Numbered from the whole stretch's first letter, positions 1-13,200 are shown. The stretch: 63,136 bases of DNA, filler included, from Phoronis australis (GCA_002633005.1; 4 parts of 4 records of this genome joined end to end with filler, not necessarily neighbours in it); one strand, 5' to 3'. Notes: generated from the sequence alone by a model not told the origin. Made by a program: numbers and translations.

Positions 1-394
1 AATTGATTAGGACGGTTTACCATAGGCAAGTGTTCCGCTTGATAGTCTCGGCCACACCTCCTGTCGACCCGCCCCCTTTGGACCAGCATCACGATACCGT
101 TGAGGCTGGTAAAGAAATACGGCGTCAGTGAATCACCATATTTTGTAGCAATTGACGTTTGAGTGAATATGCGACTACAAAAATACTATATAGAATACTG
201 TTTTTCAAGGAGTACGTACTAGAATCTATGGTGTTATTCCCCCTAAGCGTAGTTAGTGGCCAATGCTCGAAGTTTATTATACATGTAACTGGCCATTCAA
301 GTTATTTTGTGGTTTCCGAGATTTCAGAGCTTTTGCAGTTGCGGAATCAAAAATCAGGCATGAGTTATTTGATTTTGCATGAGTTATAATTTTA

Positions 395-2948
395 TAATGA
401 TCAATGAGGTTTTAAAGATTATATTTAGGTGGTTTTCAAAACATGCTTTACATTACAGTATTGTATTATGATCTTACCGATCGATGCTATTATTCTATCA
501 TGGTATTTTCACCTTATTTTGATATTACTCGTCGTGTTTTGTAGATAACTTAACTGCGTTACTCCTCATTTTGATTAAATACCAGCCCAAGTAGAAGTGG
601 TCTAGTCGTGAAATGTAATATTGATACAACTTTGTAGAGAGGTTGATGTTCAACATGCTTGTATCTAGTAAAAATGATCAGACCGTTGTAAGGGGAATTA
701 TTTGTCCACACATTTTTGACATCTCCTCTCTTGAACACTGTCTAAAATAATATGTTCGACAAGGTAAACTATTTTTATTTCACGAGATTAGGTAAATACA
801 TTACATACCCATTTACAGCATACCTGAGCAGCAGGTAAACAGCGAAGAAATGAAATATCATTGAAACAGTGTAAAAAATTGATGATATGTACACATCAGC
901 TACCCTAGTTGTCAATATTGAAGTAGCTTTTGGTAATTTACAATATTAGTAAACAGGGATGTGTTGGTAAGAAAAACATAATCAAGGTATGACAGAGCAG
1001 ATAAATTGTACTTCTGTACAAAGCCATGCACACGTGGAGGACATTGGCAACTTCATTCATTGGCACCATTCAGATAGCTATGAGCAGATCCAATGGTTAG
1101 AAACATATGTTTATCAATCTCCCATAAAATGCTATTATTTTGCCTTTCATATCTTCGACAACGTCTTGCTTTCGGAACAACAGACCATGCAAACAACCAA
1201 TGACAATACAAACAATTATAAACCGGCCGACTTGGGCATATCCACATTGGCGTAAGAGAGACGAATTCTGAAAAACGTGATCTGGACTGTTCGTATTCCA
1301 AGAAAAGAGCAAATAAGCGGTATCTTGTGATTCCTAACTGGTGATTTAATAACATTCTGTTCGTTGGTCGCATTTTGTTTATAAATGACCAATATTCCTT
1401 TGTGTTTTGAAAACGGTATTTATATCTGGACAGTGTTTAATGCTGTTGTCGTGTTTAGCTTGAATTGGTAATTGCTAACTGTACAGCTACATGTACACAC
1501 TGTTTTTATATGGATGAAATATCAGAGGATTGTATGTTTACTGGTGTCTTCTTCGTAATCAAACAGATTTGTTTTGCTTATCTGTCATTTGACGTCGTTG
1601 TTGAACCAAGGTTTGTTTCTAGCTTGATTATTTTAGATGAGCATGGGATAGATACACCTAAATATTCGAAAGGTGTTCTAGCAACAGACAAGACTAATGT
1701 GTTGGTGACGTTGTTGTTAATAATATTTTCCGGGTATACATTAATGTATTCATTCAGCGTGGTAGATAATTGGCGTTTACGTCGTGACATCGGATAAAAG
1801 ACAGGGTCTGGCGATCAAATTGTAGGCCAAAGTGTCCTAGGTGCCAAAAATTGACACACTTTTTTTACGTTTGTGACAGTTACGTAATCCATTGCAGATA
1901 CGTTGAATGTCCGTCGTAAGGAAATGTACTAAAATATTTACACTAATTTTAACCATGCTCTCACTCAGTTTTTAGTACCTACGGAATCTCAATCCATTCC
2001 TCCTTTTACTGACTTGATTTGAAGTAAACGCCTTCAGTACAAATAATATTTTACAGAGAATTTCGGCAGCACAGTTTTCACCCGCCTTCGCAGGTAGGCA
2101 GCGCCATCTATTTTTACTCATGAGAATTAGCGCCAGTTCTGTAGAACTCGGTGCAACATTCTAAAGCGTGCCATAACGGGAACGACGTAACATTGGTCAT
2201 GAAATGGGAAATTTTTATCATGGCCTTGTGACCGGTCTCTTAACTGAAACGTATTTAAGATTTCCAAGGGCACTCAGGTGGTGAAAGTCGAAAGATCACT
2301 TGTATTGTACATCGCACTAGGTCACTAAATAACGGCCATGTTTGTGAATTGATACCAATGACAGTTGAAAAGTAAGCGAGAGTGACGTAAACTTGAAGTT
2401 GTTACATTTTATGCTCTTCTAACCGTCACTGTTATGTTGCCAACTAAATATCCATTTCTCAAAACGAACGCAATGACGTTTGCTTGATCTTCAACAGGCA
2501 AAGTTTTTATTTCAGTGTCAATGCAAAAATGAAAGTCTAATTTTCAGACTTTTTCTATTAGACATACACGCTACTTCTGTACGAGGTTGAATTTTTAATG
2601 ACTAATGAAGTTTCAAGTCAACAATGTTTTGCAGTACAATATGTTATTATTATTTTAAGGAACGATGCTGTTTTTCTATCATGATATTGTTCATTATTTT
2701 AATACTACTCGTCGTATTTTTTCACGTATCAATCAGTCTTCTCTGTTTATGTCCAAGTAACCGTAGTAACCGCTAGTCGCGACGAAAAATCAAATAAAGG
2801 CTAATGCTCAAGATGTTTTATTTTTACTCCTTGGTTTGTTGCCTTAAAAACTGTCGTAATCGTACTGTTACAAATGAAATTCTTAAACACCTCACTGTTT
2901 TGACATCCCTCTTGCCCACCATCTAAACGAAATGTTGGATAAGGTAAA
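395..2948 (+). repeat. Diverged direct duplication (~395-770 vs ~2596-2948)
   Basis: Collinear shared blocks, e.g. cgatgct..ttctatcatg..tactcgtcgt and ttttgacatc..ctcttg..tctaaa..atgtt.ga.aaggtaaa. Confidence 0.6.
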
Positions 2949-4149
2949 TTAGCGGGGCATAATGGAAAAAAGTCTTTGACTTTTTATGTTATCCGTGTAT
3001 TGCACTCGTATTTTTATTTTTTGCCTTGTGTATTTATGTTCGTCTTTTATTCCTCTGTTCTTGTGTGATTCTAGTAAATTTATTATTATAAAAATCGATC
3101 GCCTCAAACTTTCAATAACAAATCTGTATCCATACCGAAACACACCATGCAGAAGATTTTCACGTTAAAAGAGGACACTAGTACTAAAAAACTTAAAATG
3201 CAATCAGTTTTGATGAAAGTGGTCATGATATCTTTAATCAGTTTCTTGCGATTATGATGAAATGCCCCTTTAAATATATGCAAGAACAGGCAAATGTATC
3301 AATTTACCGCGTGTACACGTGAAAACTGGCCGGCAAAGCGCTCTTTTTAAAAGCAACGCTTCGTCTGGCCAGACCACTGCCTCGAGGGTTCAAGACTCAG
3401 AAGGCCTCACCAGTAGAACAACTTTATTGACTTTTTGTATTTTCGTCGAAATGGAATCTACAGGATTGGTTGATTTACTGAACAGAGATCTTGATCAGAA
3501 AAAAGGTTTTGGTGAAATGTGTTTCAAGATATGTTTAACTTGTAGTGTTTATCCCGTGGCTTGGTCCTAATCATTATTGCATCATAAACCAAAGATTGCC
3601 CAACCGATTTTCTCCTGAACTATTTTGATATCCCATTCTGGTATATTAACCCTGTATTGATGTTCTCTCAACTCTCATGTACTAAGCATCTTGCTTCAAC
3701 ATTGTCGCCAAAATGATTTTACGGCAAGCAACATTTCGTCCTGTTTGAATCAAACCTTTTACTCTTTCGAAATTGCCCTCTTTAATTTGATTATTAAGTG
3801 TGAATATCAAGGTCACGTTTTCGTCAATAACAGACCTGACGGCACGTTTTGGCTACAACCAGTCATCCGGACTTTGATAAAAGTGTTCATATTATAAAAG
3901 AACATGCTGTGTCTTCACTCTGAGAATTACTATTGACATTATCAAACGTACTACGAGAGCGACGTAACCTCGTTCTTTAAAAATGATGATCTATTCCAAC
4001 CACGATTGTTACTAGGCCTACCTGGAAAACATAGGGTAGATCCGGTAATTTTACGTGCAAGTTCAACGTTTCGGTGATTTGTAATATTAAAATGCACGGT
4101 GAAGTTAGTGATTGTGAAGCTTGTTATAACTTGCTCATTGCTTTTGCAG

Positions 4150-4248
4150 GGCCGCGAGACAGCACTACGGTGGGCTGCAACAAAGGGCAGCACAGAGGTG
4201 GCGAGGGTATTGCTACAGGGTGGAGCCGATGTAGACATCCAAGACGTG
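4150..4248 (+). CDS. Ankyrin exon 1 (GRETALRWAATKGSTEVARVLLQGGADVDIQDV)
   Basis: ttttgcag acceptor, 99 nt, gtaata donor, phase 0-0, ankyrin consensus. Confidence 0.9.
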
Positions 4249-7200
4249 GTAATAGAAACTACTTCAGACCACTTTACAAATACTGCAGGCTATCTAAAAT
4301 TTAACTAAACATGTTGTGTGTAAATACATATTTTATTTCTCATGATTTCGACATGTATTTTTCAATCTGTACCCGGTACATGCATGTTAAGAAACAGTGA
4401 GGTTTGAATCGTGTCAACAATATATTTATGGAGTTAACGTTAATACTTTATTCTTAATGGCAATCGTCCATTCAATATTTCAACTTTGTATTTAACAGGA
4501 AGCCACTAAACCGGTGCATCAACACCACATGGAGGGGTCACTGTCAAGTTATGGAGGCGCTCAGTAATTTTTGGCAGTCCACGTCTGCACCATGTTATTA
4601 TTGCAACGTTTTAAAATCACCTGTAAAACTTGACTGTTGAAATCGTTACAGGTATTATAGCCTTCTTAGAGGGGTAAGGAATGTTTCATTTATGTCACCT
4701 TACAAGTTCACTTTCCCCCGTGTATGTTAATTAGCTCTAAACGTTGATCGTCCATTCACACATCTCCATTATATATTACATAGGAGGGCTGGACACCGCT
4801 GTACTGTGCAGCACTGCATGGTCATACACAGACAGTGAAGTGTCTAGTTGAACACAGCGCCGCAGTGAATGTCACCGCTAAGGTAATTAATGACACACAG
4901 GTTGTTTGGTTGATCTAGTTGTTTACACAAACGATGCTTAAAACTGAAGAAGAACAAATTTTGTTCATATTTTTACAATTTAATGCCCCTAAACAATGTC
5001 AAATTAAATGTCGTCTGCTTTCCGTTCATGAACCACCAAAACTGCGTAGACTGGTAGAGATAATGCATGACTTACCTGTGTTACCTGTTGTTTTGTTGTA
5101 AAACTTAACATTTCCCTGTTGACATCATTACAAGTATTAGCACCTTAGAGGGATCAGTGATGTTTCATTTATGGCACTTTACAAGTTCACTTTCTCCCGT
5201 GTATGTTAATTAGCTCTAAACGTTGATCGTCCATTCACACATCTCCATTATATATTACATAGGATGGCTGGACACCGCTGCACTGTGCAGCAGGGTGTGG
5301 TCATACACAGATAGTGAAGTGCCTAGTTGAACACAGCGCCGCAGTGAATGTCTATGATAAGGTAATTAATGACACACAGGTTGTTTGGTTGATGTAGTTG
5401 TTTACACAAACGATGTTTAAAACTGATGACGACAAATTTTGTTGATATTTTCACAATTTAATGTCCCTAAACAATGTCAAATTAAATTTCGTCTGCTTTC
5501 CGTTCAAGCTGCGTAGAATGGTAGAGACAATGCAGTGTGACTTACCTGTGTTACCTGTTGTTTGGTTGTAAAACTTAACATATTCCTGTTGATATCATTA
5601 CAAGTATTGCAGCGCCATAGATGGGTCAGTAATGTTTCATTTATGTCACCTTGCAAGTTCACTTTCCCCCCGTGTATGTTAATTAGCTCTAAACGTTGAT
5701 CGTCCATTCACACATCTCCATTATATATTACATAGGAGGGCATGACACCGCTGCACTATGCAGCAGGGTGTGGTCATACACAGACAGTGGAGTGTCTAGT
5801 TGAACACAGCGCCACAGTGAATGTCACTACTAAGGTAATTAATGACACACAGGTTGTTTGGTTGATCTAGTTGATTACACAAACGATGTTTAAAACTGAA
5901 GAAGAACAAATTTTGTTCATATTTTTACAATTTAATGCCCCTAAACAATGTCAAATTAAGTGTCGTCTGCTTTCCGTTTATGAACCACCAAAGCTGAGTA
6001 GACAATGCAGTATGACTTACCTGTGTTACCTGTTGTTTGGTTGTAAAACTTAACATATTCCTGTTGACATCAATACAAGTATTAGCACCTTAGAGGGGTC
6101 AGTGATGTTTCATTTATGTCACCTTTCAAGTTCACTTTCCCCGTGTATGTTAATTAGCTCTAAACGTTGATCGTCTATTCACACATCTCCATTATATATT
6201 ACATAGAGGGGCGAGACACCGCTGCACAGTGCAGCACTGTGTGGTCATACAGCCGTCGTAGAGTGTCTCCTCCAACACGGGGCCAACGTGCATGTCCGCA
6301 ACAAGGTAATTAATAACACACGGGTTTGTTTGAACTAGTTGTTTACACAACGATTATGAAAGTACATTGCACAACACTTTACTAATCTGAATCATTCGGT
6401 GATTTAATAAAAACAATCAGGATTGATGATTTTATTGTAAACTTGACATTTCTCCTTGCACTCCACGTGACGTCCACGTGACGTGACGTGCACGCGATTT
6501 TAACTAATTAGAAACAGTTTTCAGGTCACATGGAGTTGTGCAATGAGTTTGTTATTTACTTGCATTTTCATAGCACTCACTAAATGAATGTCACTCTGTT
6601 GTATATCATCAAGTTGTCATACTTTAAATTATCAGACGAACATTTAAGAAATCTCGCTGAAGTTGTGTGCAGTTAAAATGTCAGGTTGTAGTCACACTCT
6701 GTTGATCCACCCACGTCATGAATATTCAACTGATGGTGAAGTTTTGAACTTGAAAAATATAAAACGTGACGCCTTGTTGAGCCACCCACTTCGCTATATA
6801 TATATATATAATGCTGACCAACAATACCCCATGTTTGCTCACTTGCTGTAGTGGGGTGACACACCGCTACACATGGCGTCAGAGGTAGGGCACGCAGCGG
6901 TGGTGAAGCTTCAAATTATTAAAGGCAGCTGTGACGTGACTGCCGTAGAGAGTGTTGTACTCCGTCTTTAATTCATACTGCAATAAATGTGTTTCATATG
7001 AAAAACGAGTTCGAGGAATTATTCATTTAACATATATATCTCATCAAAAATGATCTACCTCTTACGTGAACCTATACAAGCAGTCATTTCCTTAAAATGT
7101 GTTTACAAGATGATTTGTTTATGATTATTGCGTGAATTTAGTTTGCTTCACTTGGCTCAAAATATCGTGTCGTATTTTCATTTTCGCATATATCATCTTC

Positions 7201-10200
7201 CTGTAATGTGTATCAGTTTTTTCACTTCTTAAGCTAAGTCGGTTTATATGTTTGCAATTTTATTAAAAGGTTATAGTCAGTTTGGAGCGTATCTCAGAAA
7301 ATCACATTTCTCACCAAAAACGGTTCAAATATCACACCACGAATACACGAACAGTAACTTGTGCTAGCTATAGTACAGTGATTGTAAAACAGTGTGGCTT
7401 TTTAAAATTCATTACTGTGATGAATGAATTATCTCTATATAAGATAGATACATATGTTTGAACAGCGTGTGGGTAGGATCATATCCGATGACAAGATTAT
7501 CGTTANTAAGTCTGAGAAAATGAGAGAAAAGTCCATTAAAAAGGCGCAGATGCACAGACCTGAAGGTGGTATCCCGTTTTTTATTCCTCCCGCTCTTTTT
7601 TTAGAAAAAGGTCCACTTAGTCGGAAATTCGAGCACCCCTATGCAAATGTATGACGTAATAGAAGGACAGTGCTTTTGGTATTCAGTCACTTCCTTTGTT
7701 ATTAAAGATATTGGGACCTCTGTATGCAAACAGTGCTGTCAGCTAGGTGAGCAAAGGTAACAATCAACTTGGGTGGTTGAAGTTTTACTTGGCCAGAATA
7801 GCAAGAATTGCCATCTAGCTGTGCTATCATTCTCTATTGCGTTGTTATCGTCAAATGTAATTGACTTCCACTGATTTCGTCACCATATGAACATAATTTA
7901 TTTACAAAAAGAATGAAACCCCTTCGTGAGGTTTAAGAGATGAAGCTGTAAACTGCCTGTAGTCAAGGAATTTAGAATATGCAGTGGTATGTCCTTTTTA
8001 TTTCCTCAGTTGCTTGGAAGCAAGAAGCCTAATTTTCATTTTTATTTTCTTAGTCAGACCGTAAACTGATAGGAAATATTACTTGAAATTACCAGAAACT
8101 TCCAAACTGGTTCCCATAGCACCTCAAAAAATGGCTAAAAATCAAAGACACAAAAACTGGCCAAAAATTTCCGAATTTTTGCATCTTAATGAAGGATAAC
8201 AGAAACCCATTTGAAAATGCAAAGACTGTCTTCTTATAGCGAGGTTCAATAAATTTCAGGTATGCTCACCTGAAAGTACATGGGCCTGTCCAAGAAACTG
8301 ACTCAAGTTCGTTTTAGACTTAAGACTAAGAATTGTCTCAAAGTATTCTCCATTCGACTTCGCGGGCCTGTATATTGCAAAATGGGATGTCCTCAAAGTC
8401 TTTCGAGACCTCTAGGGGTTGTGAGCAAGGAGACCCTGTGTCTCTTTATTTATTTTTACTGTGCGTAGAAATACTGGGTTTGATGACTGGACTTAACAGT
8501 AATGTAAAAGGTATCACATTAAATAACACTCATCAATTTAAAATTCTGTAGTACGCAGGCAACGCTGTCATGGTTCTGTAAGGGTCAGAATACTCACTTA
8601 AATGTACTCTAAACTTACGTGATCAGTATGCCAATTTCTCAGGTCTTCAACCAAATATCGAAAAAGACTCAGTGCGTACTTACTGGTTCCAAAAAACACT
8701 GTGAAACCATCTTATGCTCTCAAAAAAATTAAGATGGACCAGAGAAACTTTTACGGTATTGGGGCTTACATATGCGTCAGTGTAGACTTGGAAAACATTC
8801 CAAATTTATGTTACGAAAAACGGAAGGAAATAAATAAAACATTGTATATCTTTCTGGGTGCGTACGTGTATGTGTTCTTTGTGATTTACAACACTTATTA
8901 AGTAAAAAATTCAGTCAAATTTAAGATCTCTTTCCTGAAATGTACTTGAGAGAGATTTCAGTTCTACCTTAAAATTGGTTGAAGTTTAAGTTTTGTCTTT
9001 GCAAAGCCAATTTTCTTGGTAAAGGCCTGTGGTACCCAGAGTTCTGACCACATGTAAGTAAATATTCAGTAATGCTCTTGTGAAAGCTGCATGGATGTAT
9101 CACTGAAACGATAATGTCCATCTACAATGGCGGGAGCAGCTTTATAGTTTGATTAATTGCAAAGTTGACTACGATTTACATTTTTAACATAAACAATAAA
9201 CGACAACGTAATAAGTCTAAACTAGTTATAAATGTACAATAAATGACACAGTGTAATAAGTCTAAACTAATTATAAAGGTACAATAAATGACACAGCGTA
9301 ATAAGTCTAAACTAGTTATAAGTTTACAATAAATGACAGCGTAATAAGTCTAAACTAGTTATAAAGGTACCAAGCATAATGTGAATCCGTTAGATCATTA
9401 ACCTTGCAGAGAATTCTGTAACTGACGTCAGACGGATTGCTATTTTATTCTACATTTTGTGCACTTGTGTAGTGCAGTTTTGACTTAAAATTGTCACCAT
9501 TTGAATTTGAATATAAATTAAGCTACGTATTTTACAGGATGGAAAAACTGCTTACGATGTCTGTTGGATGGATGCAATAAGAGAGCTCCTTAAGGTAATG
9601 AAACACTTTATTAGTCTCTTGTTATACACAGGCGATGTCACCATTCTTAATAACTGTCGTTTTTATATTGATATCACGACCATGTTGTCAATATTGGCCT
9701 TCATTAATATTGCTGGCATTAAACCGTCAAAAGAGACACATCTCGTGTATAGAGGTAAATATAAGCGTTTAACCAATGACAGTCCTTGTTAAAAACATTC
9801 CACAGTACTACCTTTCATAGCCTTGGGAAAAAGTGAATATCAAATGATACGCGCGGTTCCCTTTCCCCTACGCAGGTAACCAGGCGAGAGCTAATACTGT
9901 GCGTTAACTTTCAAGGTGAGAATTACCCGCGGCCGCTGTTAACGCTATAACCTAGTTGCACGACTGGGCATGCGGCCTTGAAGCTCTTTTTCCTTTTGAT
10001 AATCAAAGTAGGCGAGGTTTCATGTGAAAAACTTGCTTACTGTAGTAATGTTTGGGAATACTTGTTGTTTGAAACTTTTGGTGTGTATTGATTACAACCC
10101 ATGAGAAATATCCAATTATTTACATTTAACAATGTCACCTGCAGCAACACATGGAACAGACTCGACCATCCAAAAAAATGAACCAAAGTGCCGAGTGTGC

Positions 10201-13200
10201 TGGTGAAGTACGACCCCGTGTGTCTGGAGGAGCGACTGTGGGTTCATCCGATCAATGTCCAGAGGGGGCGAGTGCTGCCCCGTCTGACTTGGAGAAGCAG
10301 TTAAGTTCAGTGCTCTCACGTTTTATCTCCTCAAAAGGCAAAACCATCCCCGGCGGTAAGGCAGAGGTCAGCTTTACAGTAAAACAGAAAAACGACAGCG
10401 ACTTGGACATACTGAAGTCTGTTATCAGGCAGTCAGGTAATGGTAAAAGTTCAAGAAGGAGTCAAACTTGATAAACGAATTCCTGTTCCTATTCCAGTTT
10501 CAACGTAAGAGTTCCTATACATGAACTAACTCTTTATTTTCCAGATTACTTCCCACTCATACAGTCTCCTACACAATTAACCGGTTCAACGACACAATTC
10601 CATGCTCCTGGTAAGAACGTGATGTCGGCGGAGTTACACAAGTCTCTTACTGTTGAGCTCCAATCAGTTGTGTTATTGGCAAAAGCAGACGGGACAGGAG
10701 TGGGATCTGGGTTCCGTGTTGGTCCAACTTACGTCATGACAAACTGTCACGTATTAAAAGAACTTAGTCATGAACGTAAGTACGAACTTGCAAGTGTTTG
10801 AACTACGGCATTTTGTTTGTAAACACACAAGTATAGCGATCTGATGGTTTAAAACTATTGGGGTTCAGGCATGAACTACGTTGTTACTTCTCTGACTAGT
10901 GAGAGACCAGTGTAGTTAGCATCAAGACACTCGGTGACGCAAAAGGTACCCGCTCATCCAAAACCTTTACGGCAAACAGATGGCGCTGGATGCAATGATG
11001 CTTTACTAACAACAGGCAGCGCTGCTTACAGTCATGTGACATTCTTGTGTGAACTGAATCTTGACCCAGCACCTTGACCTACATTCTACAGCTGCTGACG
11101 TCACATCGCCGTTGTGCTCAGTGCTTCACTCTTTGTTTATACTGTCAGCTGTTATTAATCATGGCCACCAACATGTTCATATTGCATGGTTCAGTTCGTT
11201 AAATAGATACTATATAAGTTGAAACCACTCTCTTTTGCCTTAGTGTTGATAGAACATAAAATATTACAGACGTTTCTACTTGGTGAACCATCTGCTGCCG
11301 TGCCGTGCCACGGCCAGTCCGGCGGTCTGCTGGGCTCAGTGTTGTTGGCTAACGAGACACTGAACGAAAAAGAAAATATCGCAAGAGAATAAAACCTAAC
11401 ATGTATATCACCATGTATAATTCAAGCATAATTTAAAAAATATAGTGGTTATATTTCAACCTAATTAAAATTATGATTGTTAAGTTGCCAAAATCTCGCC
11501 GGGCGGAAAAGTGGCCGGGCCCGGTTTAGTAGCCTCACCATGGTCACGTTCATTAAATATATATTTTACCCCAGCGTTTAGGCCGAGCAACCACAACAGC
11601 TTAGATTATTAACACTTTCATCTTAATTATATGTTATAAATAGTTATTACAAATGGGGTTTTAAACATGGAATGTCGGACACAAAGAATTCTTTTCCACA
11701 CAAATTCGCCACTCATCAGGACATACACTGTCTGCTTCATGAACTCTCGTGACCTGTGGCTAGTCAGCAGCAGCAGAATGTAGGTCAAGGTGCTTGGTTA
11801 AGATTCTCTGGCAGACAGTCTTATTTGAGCGATAAAATGACACGTGATTGATGAGAAGCGCCATCTGTTTGCCGTAAAGGTTTTGGATGAGCGGGTACCT
11901 TTTGCCTCGGTGACTGTTGCCGTGCATTGAGTTTACATGTGTTGGTAGCGCCATCTGTATAATAGTTCATCTGTTTATCGTACTTTCCCAAAAAATTCTC
12001 AAGCACTTCTTTTCTTTGGATGGCTACTTGCCGATCTACCAAATTTGTTTGCCAAGATACAGATGAATTATTTATGTAGTCAATGTTGAGATACGTTTTT
12101 GATGCGTTTGTCAGCACGCCATCAACTGATATATTTGTCCTGTTCATATCGTCAGTGTATTAGATGTCGCAGGTCGTCCATAGGCATTTGGAAGTCGGAG
12201 GTCTTCCAACTTAACTCAATTAAACACAACCAATATTACTAATAAGACAGCAAAAAACATCAAAATGACTACCATGATAAATAACAAAACTGTGTTGATC
12301 AAAATAACGCCAATGCATTTTAAGGTATAAATTAATATATTTGACCATTTATGGTCAAAGTAGAGTGTGCAATATGATTACAAATCTAACTTAAAAGGTG
12401 CAGACAATTAATTTTCGACACAAAGTTAAGTAATTAATACATTATACAGGGCTAAATTCAACACAAAGTTAACTAATTAATACATTATACAGGTCTAAAT
12501 TCAACACAAAGTTAATTAATTAATACATTATACATGGCTACATTCAAAATGTTGAGGAGCTCCATACAATTCAGTTCTGCCTATAGTTCAGATTGAAAGT
12601 AATTGTTTCGTGCAGACTAAAGCATCCATTGAATTGCGCGTTTTACGGCCTGACCGTGATAGGATTCTGTTTCTGTTACCAAGAAGAACCTCGTAACCCC
12701 AACGACTAGAGTCAAAGTCAGCGCCATTTTCAAATGAGTCAACTCTAATAAACCTTGAAGCGTTTTCTTGTGTCACTTAGGGTTTCCGTGTTTTCCTTTG
12801 CAGTAAAAAGAATTTCATCACTTCAAATAATCTCATGAGACTGACTTCGCGGTAGTACAATGTCTAATTCGATTTTCGTTTTTATCTAACTAAACAGAGG
12901 TGAAATGAAGCTTTAACAGGGAGGATAATCAATAATTGGTTGGACTTCAAAACCACTTGCCCGGACTTCAAAACTACTTGCCCTAACTTCAAAACCACTT
13001 GCCCGGACTTCAAAACCACTTGCTCGGACTTCAAAACCACTTGCCCGGACTTCAAAAGCAGTTGGCTGGAGTGCAAAACTGAATGACTGGTGTTCTAACT
13101 TGGTGGTCGGACCTCAAAACGGATTGGTGGATACCTCAAAACCAGATGGCCGATCCCGAAAAATCGAACTGGTTGGCCGGAACTAAAGCGGTTTTGCCTG

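Larger units (their letters stand above)
4621..6352 (+). repeat. Tandem exon+intron array, ~475-bp unit, ~3.6 copies
   Basis: Exon starts at 4784/5263/5736/6207 (periods 479, 473, 471); near-identical intron sequence. Confidence 0.95.

Noticed and set aside
2266-2330. ALRW*KSKDHL, faintly like ankyrin exon 1
   Set aside because: Too short, contains a stop and lacks a supporting 99-nt exon structure.
12882-13076. Repetitive ORF (LKSGQVV)n
   Set aside because: Translation of the 21-bp tandem repeat within a transposon.
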